64,000 nucleotides of DNA from Candidatus Multivoradales bacterium (GCA_965248925.1 CBDFLE010000005.1:1888001-1952000), one strand, 5' to 3'; positions 9,405 to 18,983 are shown, numbered from the stretch's first letter. Numbers and translations: made by a program. Notes: generated from the sequence alone by a model not told the origin.

Positions 9405-10609
9405 GACAGATCCACCCCATGGCGCCGGGCTTGACCGACCAGAACGCCGTTGATCAAATCGCTGAGCTCGGTGGCATCGGGGCGAGCGGGAGGCGAGTCC
9501 GGTTGGGCCAGGGGTTCGGTGCCTGCCACCGTCGAGGATAGGACGGCAACCGCCGAAGCCTGAGCCGCAGCCCCTGCTTGCTCCTCGGCCTGCTCCGCGG
9601 CCTCCTCCTCGGGTAACCGCTCAGATCGAGCTACCGCGGTCGTGGAGGTGGGCGCGGCCGGCGCGGCCGGCGCGGTCGACGCGGTCGACGCGGCCGCTGG
9701 CCATACCGGCGTCAACCTTGATGCAGGGCTCGACGACGGCGCGGTCGCGGCCGGAGACACTCGCCGCACCGCGGCGCCCGAAGACGGCGACGTAGCTGGG
9801 CGATCGAGCAGAACACTCGCCAGCCTGTCGAGGCGACCCCAGACTTCTGCCGCGGCCCCCACCTCTGAGCTGGTGGCAATCGGTGGCAAGACTTGGCGCC
9901 CGGCCCCGCCCCTCGGCGGCACGAATCCGGCAGGGCGAGGAGCGCTCGCAACCGGCTGCTCGGATCTCGGGCCAGCGGCAGCGGCGGAAGCTGCGGGACC
10001 CCTGCCGGCGGCCGTGTTCTGCTCTGCCGACAGAATCTCGGAGCTCTGGCTGCCCAGCGAATCCCAAGCCGCCGCCAGAGCACCTAGAGCCGTCCCTGGG
10101 GTGATGGGGGTAGAGACTGTCGTCCGCACCTCCCGCGATACCGTGGCGGCGGTGCTGCTCGCCGATCCAGAGTTTTTCTTCTTCGACGCCCGACCCACCA
10201 CTTGGCGAGTCAGCTGGGCCACGGGTGCCGAAGGCTGTAGCGATCGGTCCGAGCGGGGCGATGGCTGCGACCGCGCTTTGGCGACGGGCGCCGCGTCGAG
10301 GGTGCCGAGCTCGCTCGACGCCGTGGGTTCAGTAAATCGCGCAGCGGACGCAGCGAGGGTCGCAGGGCGCTGATCGCCGGGGCCGGAGGTCGGCCCAGCC
10401 CCCCGCCCCACCCTCGGCAGCTCCTCAGCCGCGACCGGTGGGCCGGCGAAGACCAGCTCGTCCACCAGGGGCAGCGTACCGTCGGCCAAGCGTTCCCCGC
10501 ATGCGGCGAGTAGCCGCAACGGCCGCAGCTCGGGGACGGCGGTGGTCAACGCCAAGGCCACCCCACGAAAGGCGGCAACCGCCAAGCGCTGGCCGCGGTC
10601 GTCACTCAT
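9401..10609 (-). CDS. Ala/Pro/Ser-rich low-complexity protein in the tape-measure position
   Basis: ATGA overlap with downstream gene, 4-nt overlap with upstream gene; ordered C-terminal helix ELSDLINGVLVGQARRHGVDLS. Confidence 0.65.
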   Translation of the reverse strand: MSDDRGQRLAVAAFRGVALALTTAVPELRPLRLLAACGERLADGTLPLVDELVFAGPPVAAEELPRVGRGAGPTSGPGDQRPATLAASAARFTEPTASSELGTLDAAPVAKARSQPSPRSDRSLQPSAPVAQLTRQVVGRASKKKNSGSASSTAATVSREVRTTVSTPITPGTALGALAAAWDSLGSQSSEILSAEQNTAAGRGPAASAAAAGPRSEQPVASAPRPAGFVPPRGGAGRQVLPPIATSSEVGAAAEVWGRLDRLASVLLDRPATSPSSGAAVRRVSPAATAPSSSPASRLTPVWPAAASTASTAPAAPAAPTSTTAVARSERLPEEEAAEQAEEQAGAAAQASAVAVLSSTVAGTEPLAQPDSPPARPDATELSDLINGVLVGQARRHGVDLS

Positions 10610-11076
10610 GCCACCGCCGATCCTTGGCGCAGGAGCTGTAAATGAAGCAAGATCTGCCCCAAGGTCAAGGCGTGGATCTCTTCCGGCGTCCAGCCAAGCT
10701 GCCGCGAGAGCACAAAAGCGGCCTTCACCAACGGTGCTTCCATGGCCGCTGTCAAATGCTCCTGACTGGCGGTGATGCCGCTGATCTCGTTGACCCTATC
10801 GACCAGGAACTGCGCCAGTCCGGCGCTCAAGCCGGCGACTTGGGCAATGCTGAGCGCTGGCGCTTCGATGGCGGCGTGGACCAACAAGGTGGCGGTGAGC
10901 TGATCGTCTTGCTTGGCGGCCCGGGAGACGCGCTGCAAGTCGTCCACCGTCAGCGGCCGCAAGCAGACACTTGCCGCCCCCTCTTCCCCGACCCCGGCGC
11001 CGAGCAGCTCTGGCGGCACCACCACATCGTGGCTCAGTCGGCTGCCCGCCAGCAGCTCTTCGGCGGTCAGGGTCAT
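10606..11076 (-). CDS. tail assembly chaperone-like protein
   Basis: Directly after tube; LRPLTVDDL motif and C-terminal LGWTPEEIHALTLGQ. Confidence 0.65.
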   Translation of the reverse strand: MTLTAEELLAGSRLSHDVVVPPELLGAGVGEEGAASVCLRPLTVDDLQRVSRAAKQDDQLTATLLVHAAIEAPALSIAQVAGLSAGLAQFLVDRVNEISGITASQEHLTAAMEAPLVKAAFVLSRQLGWTPEEIHALTLGQILLHLQLLRQGSAVA

Positions 11077-11567
11077 GGCTCGTCCTGGGTCGACAAATAA
11101 AGGGCCTGGAAGCCGGTGGACTCAATCACGAAATCGTCTTCCGGCATGTCATAGACCCAGCTGTCGATCTTGACGTTGTGCAACGTCACCGTGCTGCGCA
11201 GATCAGGGGTAGCGGGGTTTTGCAACATCAAAGTGATGTTGAACTCAGGTTGGGTCCAACCACCGGCCGGACGGCTAGAAGCGGCCTCACCGAGCAGCAG
11301 GCCGAGCAAGGCACCATTCAAATAGGCGCGATCGAAGGTGCCGCGGATGGTGATGTTGCCGGGTCGCAGCTCCGTGGCATAACGTTGGCCAATCTCGTGG
11401 AAGGGTTTGACATCCGAGCGCACTTCGACCCGCACCCCGCGCACCCGGCCGACGGATAGCAGCTCGTGCTTCTCGAGCACCTCCTTCGCCGCCTCGCCTT
11501 GAGGCGTGGCTGGCGCTGCTAAGGTGATCGAGCCGTCGGCTCCGGTAAAGACACTGGTATTTGGCAT
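11073..11567 (-). CDS. contractile tail tube protein
   Basis: 164 aa directly after sheath; FHEIGQRYATELRPGNITIRGTFDRAY; GGAGG RBS. Confidence 0.75.
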   Translation of the reverse strand: MPNTSVFTGADGSITLAAPATPQGEAAKEVLEKHELLSVGRVRGVRVEVRSDVKPFHEIGQRYATELRPGNITIRGTFDRAYLNGALLGLLLGEAASSRPAGGWTQPEFNITLMLQNPATPDLRSTVTLHNVKIDSWVYDMPEDDFVIESTGFQALYLSTQDEP

Positions 11568-11583
11568 GTTGAATCCTCCGGAT

Positions 11584-12678
11584 CTACTGCAGGGTCAAAG
11601 TAACGGCGACAAAGTCGATACTGAAGGTGGGCTGCAGCAAGGCATTGACAATCGCCCGGCCGGCAATCTCATCTTGACGACTGGCGGTAACCTCGAGGCG
11701 GTAGTCGGTCAAAGCCTCGTCAGCCACCATAGTGTCGAAGAAACCGGCGATCGTGCTATGTAAAGCGGCTCGTACTCGGGCGTTGTTGAGCTTGCCAATG
11801 AACGGATCGGCGGCGGCGCGGGCGCCCCGCTTCGCCAAGTCGACAATGCGCCGGGTAGTGATTTGTGAAAACGCACCCACGTCGGTGGTGACTCCGCGCA
11901 CCACCCGCACGCCGCCCCGCTCCTCGAGAGTTAGCACCGCGCCGTGATCATCGTCGTTGGCCAACAGGCTCTCGAGTTCAGCGTAGGAAAAACGGCGCGA
12001 TAGCTTGGTGATCCCCGGCAGACTCTTGTTGGTCGGACTGCTCTGCACGGCCAGGGTGCTGATCAATCCGGCAACGGCGGCGGCGCCATAGGTGCCAGGT
12101 AGGTCGACTTCCTCGCCAGCGGCGGCATCGAAGGCCCGATAGCCCGGCGTCGTCATCACCACCCGGTCGTTGGTCGGCGCCTGGTCGCGAATAGCCGTTG
12201 CCGCGGCATCGTTGGCGGCGTCGGAACCGATGATCGCCACCATGTCGCGGCCATTGTTCTCACCGCTTTCGAGCACTGGCCCGAGGGCCGCCAAAGCATC
12301 GGCGGTGGACAGCTCAGGCAACACCAAGATGTTGATGTCGTCCTTGACCAGCTCGGCAAGCTCGGCCTCGAAAGCGGCGCGATTGGCAGCCGCCGGCAGG
12401 GCCCGAGCAAACACTGTGCGCGCTCCACCGCGAAACAGTTGCTCGAGCCCGCGAGTCAGATTGAGGGTGCCGTCGCTGAGCGGGTCGTAGGCACCAAACA
12501 GCGCTTGTGCCGAGGCGTAGTCGGAAACCAAGTGGGTTTCGCCGCCTCCGAGTTCGGCGGTGCCGACGATACCGATGTTGCCTGTCGACAGGCCTCCGAC
12601 CCCGATCAGGCCCTCCGCCCGTACTTGTACGAAAGTGCCCGGAACCACGAATTCCGATAGGTTGAATGTCTCGGTCAT
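11584..12678 (-). CDS. contractile tail sheath protein
   Basis: N-terminal PGTFVQV, VRVVRGVTT, QITTRRIVD, FIGKLNN, C-terminal LQPTFSIDFVAVTL; AGGAGG RBS. Confidence 0.9.
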   Translation of the reverse strand: MTETFNLSEFVVPGTFVQVRAEGLIGVGGLSTGNIGIVGTAELGGGETHLVSDYASAQALFGAYDPLSDGTLNLTRGLEQLFRGGARTVFARALPAAANRAAFEAELAELVKDDINILVLPELSTADALAALGPVLESGENNGRDMVAIIGSDAANDAAATAIRDQAPTNDRVVMTTPGYRAFDAAAGEEVDLPGTYGAAAVAGLISTLAVQSSPTNKSLPGITKLSRRFSYAELESLLANDDDHGAVLTLEERGGVRVVRGVTTDVGAFSQITTRRIVDLAKRGARAAADPFIGKLNNARVRAALHSTIAGFFDTMVADEALTDYRLEVTASRQDEIAGRAIVNALLQPTFSIDFVAVTLTLQ

Positions 12679-12720
12679 GTGGCGTTCCTCCTGCGTTCGT
12701 CGATGAGCTTGGCCGTCGGG

Positions 12721-13200
12721 TCAGCCGTCGGCGGCAACCAGCTCGATGGGAATGTTGGCAATGACCTCGTCGCCCTCGAGCGGGCTCGAAACCAATTCGT
12801 AATGCGCCACGAAGTGCAACTCCTGGCTCGCTTCAGTGCTTTGCGGCCGGGCTGCTGCAGGCGGCCCGACCCGTTCTAACTCGAGTCGCAGCAAACCCAC
12901 GTCGTCGAGCGCCGCCCGGCCTATGCCGAGCAGCGATTCGAGAGCGGTTGCCACCGCTCCGGGCAGCTCGGCGGTCGTCGGTGCTCGCACCGCCACCGCC
13001 ACGGTGGCCTCGGCGCGGCGGCCGAAAAGCTCCGCAGATTGATCGTCATTAAGACCCACCAATCCGCCCACTCCGGCCGGCTTGAGGGTCAACGTATAGA
13101 GGCTCACCCGTGGCTGTGGCAGGGTTCCCATGCCGGTGGCCAAAAGGGTTTCGAAAGCGGCAAAAAGCCCCGCGATCGTGGCACTACTGGTTGGCTCCAC
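12721..13200 (-). CDS. first gene of the tail operon, possible tail terminator/cap protein
   Basis: GTG 13200 with GAGGTG RBS; the track ATG at 13323 lies inside the sigma54 promoter; role inferred from position only. Confidence 0.55.
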   Translation of the reverse strand: MEPTSSATIAGLFAAFETLLATGMGTLPQPRVSLYTLTLKPAGVGGLVGLNDDQSAELFGRRAEATVAVAVRAPTTAELPGAVATALESLLGIGRAALDDVGLLRLELERVGPPAAARPQSTEASQELHFVAHYELVSSPLEGDEVIANIPIELVAADG

Positions 13201-13312
13201 GGCTTCACCTCTAAAGCGAATGGTCTTGTTGTCGGCGCCCCAAATCACCACATCGGTGTCCGCCAGCTGCCGATCAATCGCAACAACAAACAAAGGCTGA
13301 GAACTAGACACC

Positions 13313-13328
13313 GCAAGCCGCATGCCAA
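13313..13328 (-). promoter_or_regulatory. sigma54 (-24/-12) promoter of the tail operon
   Basis: TTGGCATGCGGCTTGC, GG-N10-GC spacing, ~110 nt upstream of the first gene. Confidence 0.75.
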
Positions 13329-14595
13329 GTATCGAAACCCCTCAACACCAAGTTTCTATCGCCCCACCCTGCCGGTAACGCCCATTTTTTAGGCACCCAA
13401 CAGCATCACCCGCCCACCTTTTGGGCGGAGATTCACAATAAAGTGGGCGTAGATGCATGGACGGTGGATCCTGTGCGCCTGACCTACCGGACATTCCCGG
13501 ACCGGGAGGGGGCAGGTCAGGAGGTCTAGACTCGGAGGCGGACCGCCTGCTGTAGAATCTTGACCGAGTGAAGAGCAGCCCGTCGCCAGCAGCACCGACT
13601 AGACTGGGGTAACGGACGGGACTCGCGCAGCGCCGCAGGCTGCACAGAGGTGCTTCGCCTGCGCGCTTGATTTTCAGCGAAAACTCTATACACTGCGACG
13701 GTGCGCAAGAGGGGGGGACGTAAGGCAGAAGGGTATACGCAAACAGGTATAAGTAGAGTCGAACCCGCAGGTACTCACTATGAGTAAAACTGAATCTTCG
13801 GGCGCTAGTTCAGACAATTCACAAGAGTTGACGCCTTCTGAGGGCGGCGATCTTTCTTCCTTTCCTACGCCTCCTCCTCTGCCCCGCGAACGCGCAGCGC
13901 GGGTAAAACCGAGGCCTGAGCCACCTCCCCCTCTACCCCCTCGGACCCCTGTAGCAAAGACTCCTACGCCCAAGGACGAGCTGAAGTCCTTGATCACCGA
14001 ATCGCGGGTGCATATTCCCGCTGATGATGCGGCCTCCACCTCTTTCCCCGCACCCCCACCCCTCCCCCCCAAGCTCACGCCACGCCCCCAAACGCCAACC
14101 CCGGCGCTAGCTCCTTCAGTTGCTGAGGCACCAGCACCGCCGCGGACGCGGAAAGCTCCGCCGCCGCCAGTTGCCCCGACCCCAGCGAGCAGCCAGCGTG
14201 GTGCAGCCGAATCACCTCCTCCTCTCACACCCAAAGGGCCATTACAGCGCCCTTGGACCGCGAAAAAACTTTGGCCTATATACGGCCTTGTGGCCCTAAT
14301 AGTGCTCGGCGTCGGTTTTTACTTCTCCACCAACCGGCCCGAGGATTCTCTTGCAGAAGTGGAGGCAGAACCGCAACAAGCGACAGCGTACCCTACGACC
14401 AGCCTCGTTGGTGGGGGACGGCTCCTTGTAGATGCCAGGCCCTGGGGCGAGGTGACATCCCTCCTCAACAGTGACGGTGAAGAGATTCAACTACCCCTGG
14501 ACCGCCAGACGCCGTTGGTCCTCGATCCCTCTGTGCCAATGTAGGTGAGACACTCCCGTACCGATAAATTAGTGAGGGCGTGGAGAGCAAACACC

Positions 14596-15009
14596 ATGGC
14601 GAGTCCAAGCCACGAGCTGCGAGATATGAGTGCTGACCGACCAGATCCCGAGGTAACTGAGAAGGCGAAGCGGCGGCGGTACAGCGCGTCGTACAAGCTG
14701 AGCATCGTCCAGGCCGCCGACGCCTGTAGCAAAGCCGGCGAGATTGGCGCCCTGCTTCGCCGGGAGGGTCTGTATTCCTCACTCCTATCGAAGTGGCGCC
14801 AGCAACGCGATGCCAGTGCTCTGGCCGGTCTGTCGAAGAAGCGCGGTCGCAAGCGTCGACCGGTCTCTGCCGAGGCCCGCCGCGTCGCGGAGCTTGAGCG
14901 TGAGAATGCCCGGCTCAAGCATCAGCTGTACAAAGCCGAGACGATCATCGATGTCCAAAAAAAACTTTCCCGGCTGCTAGGGATCGAGCCGAGCGAGAGC
15001 CAGCCATGA
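14596..15009 (+). CDS. IS3 transposase OrfA (HTH)
   Basis: KRRRYSASYKLSIV...LLRREGLYSS; A8 slippery run 14957-14964 with open -1 frame into OrfB. Confidence 0.88.
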   Translation: MASPSHELRDMSADRPDPEVTEKAKRRRYSASYKLSIVQAADACSKAGEIGALLRREGLYSSLLSKWRQQRDASALAGLSKKRGRKRRPVSAEARRVAELERENARLKHQLYKAETIIDVQKKLSRLLGIEPSESQP

Positions 15010-16127
15010 GCGCTGTGGCGCCGCTGGCCGAGACGGTGGGGGTGCAAGCAGCCTGCGTCGCCTTGGCGGTCCCCAGAGCCACTTTCTATCGCCGCCGTCG
15101 GCAGCAGAGCGCAGGGCCGCAGCTATCAACGCGGCCTCGACCGCCGCTGGCATTGACGCCCGCTGAACGCCAGGAGGTCCTCGATGTGTTGCACTCGGAG
15201 CGCTTCGTCGACCGCTCGCCGCGTCAAGTCTGGGCGGCGCTGCTGGACGAGGATCAGCGCCATATCTGCTCGGTGCGCACCATGTACCGGGTCCTGGAGT
15301 CTGAGGGCGAGCTGCGCGAGCGACGCCGTCAGCGGCGTCATCCCAACTACACCAAGCCCGAACTGCTGGCCACAGGGCCGAACGAGGTGTGGTCGTGGGA
15401 CATCACCAAGCTCAAGGGCCCGGTGAAGTGGACCCACTACTACCTTTACGTAATTCTGGACGTCTTCAGCCGCTACATCGTCGGCTGGATGCTCGCCTGC
15501 CGCGAGTCCGGAGGGCTCGCGAAGCGGTTGATCGCCGACAGTGTTGAGAAGCAAGGTGTTGAGCGAGATCGACTTACCTTGCACTCGGACCGCGGTTCGA
15601 GCATGACATCCAAGCCAGTGGCTCTACTGCTGGCCGATCTCGGGATGACACGGTCGCTGAACCGGCCCTACACGAGCAACGACAATCCGTTCTCTGAGGC
15701 CCAGTTCAAGACGCTCAAGTACCATCCGAGCTTTCCCGACCGCTTCGGATCACTGGAAGATGCACGAGCATTCTGCCGCTCGTTCATCGGCTGGTACAAC
15801 ACGCAGCACTACCACACAGGACTCGGCTTGTTGACGCCAGAGACCGTCCACTACGGCCTCACGGCCTCAGTACTGGAGCAACGTCGAGAAGTCCTCGCCG
15901 CCGCCTCAGCCGCTCATCCAAGCCGCTTCAAGCGGCGAGCGCCGGCTTTGCCGGAGCCCAGTGACAAGGTCTGGATCAACCCGCCGACCACCGCCGCCAG
16001 CACTGACCCAGTCGATACCGAGAACGTAGTGACACACCGCGTACACAACGACGCACCAGGCGAGACCCCTGGCTGCGCGCCCTCGCTGAAAGCGATGGTG
16101 CCGGAGCCACTACCGATTCCGTACTAA
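15006..16127 (+). CDS. IS3 transposase OrfB (DDE integrase core)
   Basis: WSWDIT, LHSDRG, NDNPFSEAQFKTLK. Confidence 0.92.
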   Translation: MSAVAPLAETVGVQAACVALAVPRATFYRRRRQQSAGPQLSTRPRPPLALTPAERQEVLDVLHSERFVDRSPRQVWAALLDEDQRHICSVRTMYRVLESEGELRERRRQRRHPNYTKPELLATGPNEVWSWDITKLKGPVKWTHYYLYVILDVFSRYIVGWMLACRESGGLAKRLIADSVEKQGVERDRLTLHSDRGSSMTSKPVALLLADLGMTRSLNRPYTSNDNPFSEAQFKTLKYHPSFPDRFGSLEDARAFCRSFIGWYNTQHYHTGLGLLTPETVHYGLTASVLEQRREVLAAASAAHPSRFKRRAPALPEPSDKVWINPPTTAASTDPVDTENVVTHRVHNDAPGETPGCAPSLKAMVPEPLPIPY

Positions 16128-16322
16128 TTCCCAGAAGAAAGTGTCTCACTTTCATTGACACATTCCGGATCTCACTCCGGGTCGCTATACGGTCTACTTG
16201 ACCCATCCGGAACTTCTCGAACAGAGTCGCTCTTGCGAAGTGCAGGTCTCGGCCAATGTCGGAGGTCTTTGCCGATTGGACCTCCTGTCGGTCACTGCGG
16301 AAGACTATTGGGAGGACGCGGG

Positions 16323-17408
16323 ATGGTGGCGTTGAGAATCTGGCGAAGTTCGACCGCCTTACTGCTTCTTGGATGGCTCCTTGTCCCATCGTTGCTCGGT
16401 GCTGCTGATGATTTCTTGGGCGCCTACAAGCAGGGGCTCAAGGCTATAGAGAGCCGGCAATGGGATCTTGCTGCGGAGAAAATGCGCGAGGCGTTAGCAG
16501 GACGCGCAGAGGAGAGCCGCAGACTCATCAAGAAGGGCTATCGCCGCAGATACCTACCGCATTATTTCCTCGGCGTCGCTCATTTTGAACTCGACGACTG
16601 CGAAAGTGCGCTTGAATCTTGGACGGAATCGGAACGCCAAGGCGTGGTCACCCGGCACAAGAACTACTATGAGAACCTCGCCCACTCCCGTGAACAATGC
16701 CAGGCCCGCAGTCGCGTCACTGATCAGATCGCCCCCCTCCAGCGGCAGCTCACCAAGTTGAGTTCGAAAGTATCCCGAGCATCGAGCCTGAAACGGGACC
16801 CGGAGCTCCAGGCCACTTGGGACACGGGATCACCTTCGCTGGCGGAGCGGCAGGCCAGAGCCCAGGAAAAGCTGCGACAAGCGCGCACTCGACTTGAGCA
16901 AGCCCAGTCGCAAGCAGATCTCGATTTGTTACCAGGGGTCGAGGACTTGCTCGCTGATGCAGGTCGAGAATGGAGAACTTTCGAGCAACAAGCCGAGGCT
17001 CAGCGCGCGAAAGTACGACCGACACACATTGCAAGGAAGCACGAGAACCAGGAAGGGAACACTTTGCAACAGCTGGATCCATCGATCCTGGGGATCGACC
17101 CTCCTCCCGCCGAGCTGGATGCCGCTGGGAGAGCTTTTCTGCACGGTGACTATCCACAGGTGATCGAGATTCTCGAGGGTTTTTCTGCCGAAGACAAGCG
17201 CGCCATGGCCCATGTCCACTTGCTGCGCTCAGCGGCTCTCTTCGCTTTGCATCGCATCCGAGGCGATGGCGTAATGCTGACCCTAGCTCGTGGGGAGGCC
17301 CGCGCGGCCCGTGCGGCCGACCCAGAGCTGGTATTGCCCGAGCGCTTCTTCTCAGCCCGTTTCCGTGAGCTGTTTCATCCTATAGAAGAATCTGACCAGG
17401 AGGATTGA
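16323..17408 (+). CDS. secreted TPR/coiled-coil protein
   Basis: GGAGG RBS, ATG 16323, signal peptide, YLPHYFLGVAHFELDDC TPR-like segment. Confidence 0.75.
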   Translation: MVALRIWRSSTALLLLGWLLVPSLLGAADDFLGAYKQGLKAIESRQWDLAAEKMREALAGRAEESRRLIKKGYRRRYLPHYFLGVAHFELDDCESALESWTESERQGVVTRHKNYYENLAHSREQCQARSRVTDQIAPLQRQLTKLSSKVSRASSLKRDPELQATWDTGSPSLAERQARAQEKLRQARTRLEQAQSQADLDLLPGVEDLLADAGREWRTFEQQAEAQRAKVRPTHIARKHENQEGNTLQQLDPSILGIDPPPAELDAAGRAFLHGDYPQVIEILEGFSAEDKRAMAHVHLLRSAALFALHRIRGDGVMLTLARGEARAARAADPELVLPERFFSARFRELFHPIEESDQED

Positions 17409-18983
17409 ATGGACTCAGACCTTTGGTATTACTCTCGCGACGGAGAAGAAAAAATAGGCCCGACTCCTGGAGACGATCTCCGGCATTGGATCGGCACCGG
17501 CCAATTGTCCCTCGAGACCCTGGTCTGGCGTCCGGACATGGACGATTGGATACCGATCCTGAACGTCGAGGAGTTCCAAGGCGCCGCCCCGCCCCTCGGC
17601 ATCAAGCAGGCCGCTGCGGAAGCGCACGGCCCGGATACCAGGCGTCTCTTCATGGTACTCAAGCAGGTTAGAGACGCTTTACCTTTGAGTCCCAAGTCCC
17701 TCCTCAACTTCTTCAGCTCAAAGTTTTTCTGGTTCGGGGTGGCGGCTCCGATCATCGTTTTCAAGATGCTCGTCGTGCCATCCATCGTCTCTCGCGCCGC
17801 GTCTTTCTTGGCCGACAGGTACGGCGTCGAGATGTCGGTCGAAGACTGGAGCGCAAACCTTCTCGATCTGAGCGCTACGGCGCACAACGCGGTCATCTCC
17901 ATTCCTGGACCCTACGCGGAGTCGGAGTTCTTGAGCGCTGAGGCGATCGAGATCGACCTCTCCCTATGGCATCGTATCGATCACAAAAAGTGGGTTCGCG
18001 ATATCCGGATCAAGGAGCCCAAAATCTATGCCGAGCGCCTGCTCTCAGGCCGTTGGAACTACCATGATCTGATGAGTGCACCGATCTCTCCACAGGTCAA
18101 TCCAGGGCCCCGGAAGAAGCTGGAGAAGGGTGAGATACAGGATCCGGAAGGGAAGTATTCTTTCTCGTTGGCGGGTGTGAGCGTCGAGCAGATGGGGCTG
18201 GAGTGGGTCGAAAATCTGCCCGGAAACTCCAAGAGTGGGATGATCCAGGAGTTGAAAACGACACTTTTCATCGACGACATTGAGGTGACCACGAAGAATC
18301 TCGTCGGCCTGGTGGACTTGAATTCTGATCGAAGAAGTCTGCTGAACCTGGAAGCCCGTACTGGCAGTGGTAAGATTTCTTTTACCGGCAGCGCCAATCT
18401 TTTCTTTTGGAAAACCTCCCAAGAGACGGCCGATGAAGTGGATTGGATGCCTGCCTTGAAAGGCGAGATCTATCTCGAGAATGTCGGCACCAATGCCTTT
18501 ACGCGCCTGATGCCAGATGCCGCGATTCTGCCCAAGGGAGGCACCCTCTCCGGTACTATTGAACTTGAATTGGAGGAGGGACAGGTCGAGTGCTATGCAC
18601 GCCTCAACCTACGCGATGCGACCTTCACCGCCAACCAAGCGTCCCGGTTTGTGTCTAACAACGCTTCCGCGATCAATGCGGACCTTTCCGGCTATCGGGC
18701 AAACGGGCAGTATCAGTTCAACTGTGGAGGTCGGCTGGGTGAAGAGACCTACCGCCCCTTCCAAGCTTTCCAGACCAACATGATCCTCCACGGTGTCGGC
18801 CAAGCCCCGAAATCGGTCCGGGTTCTGGCCGCCGTCGAACACGTTCGCTACAGTGAGGATCCGATCGATTCCAGCCTCGAGAGCGAGGTGAACAGGATCT
18901 TAGGAAACGAAGAACCAGAATGGCTCAGATGGGCCGGGCTAGCGTCTAAGGCGAGAAACTTTGGTCGCGGTAGGAGGCACTAG
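17409..18983 (+). CDS. GYF_2 (DUF4339) domain + transmembrane helix + AsmA/DUF748-like beta-rich region
   Basis: WYYSRDGEEKIGP...TLVWRPDMDDW; TM at ~aa 105-125; IKEPKIYAERLLSGRWNY. Confidence 0.7.
   Translation: MDSDLWYYSRDGEEKIGPTPGDDLRHWIGTGQLSLETLVWRPDMDDWIPILNVEEFQGAAPPLGIKQAAAEAHGPDTRRLFMVLKQVRDALPLSPKSLLNFFSSKFFWFGVAAPIIVFKMLVVPSIVSRAASFLADRYGVEMSVEDWSANLLDLSATAHNAVISIPGPYAESEFLSAEAIEIDLSLWHRIDHKKWVRDIRIKEPKIYAERLLSGRWNYHDLMSAPISPQVNPGPRKKLEKGEIQDPEGKYSFSLAGVSVEQMGLEWVENLPGNSKSGMIQELKTTLFIDDIEVTTKNLVGLVDLNSDRRSLLNLEARTGSGKISFTGSANLFFWKTSQETADEVDWMPALKGEIYLENVGTNAFTRLMPDAAILPKGGTLSGTIELELEEGQVECYARLNLRDATFTANQASRFVSNNASAINADLSGYRANGQYQFNCGGRLGEETYRPFQAFQTNMILHGVGQAPKSVRVLAAVEHVRYSEDPIDSSLESEVNRILGNEEPEWLRWAGLASKARNFGRGRRH

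Larger units (their letters stand above)
14527..16167 (+). mobile_element. IS3-family insertion sequence
   Basis: Inverted repeats TGTGCCAATGTAGGTGAGACACT (from 14532) and TGTGTCAATGAAAGTGAGACACT (reverse strand, from 16162); GAT direct repeat at 14524-14526 and 16168-16170; orfA/orfB. Confidence 0.92.
13780..16335 (+). pseudogene. Pro-rich single-pass membrane protein with PEGA-like C-terminus, interrupted by IS
   Basis: Removing the IS and one GAT rejoins ...QTPLVLD (14526) to LTPGRYTVYLTHPE...DAGWWR* (16171-16335) in frame, giving 303 aa. Confidence 0.8.

Noticed and set aside
60-13323. Prophage
   Set aside because: No head, packaging, replication, integrase or att features seen; operon starts at its own sigma54 promoter. 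The left flank is unseen
13201-13323. Longer 200-aa version of the first tail gene
   Set aside because: Its ATG lies within the sigma54 promoter; GTG 13200 has an RBS
16155-16322. N-terminal extension of the TPR gene in the ORF track
   Set aside because: Starts inside the IS end and overlaps the severed PEGA C-terminus; ATG 16323 has an RBS and signal peptide
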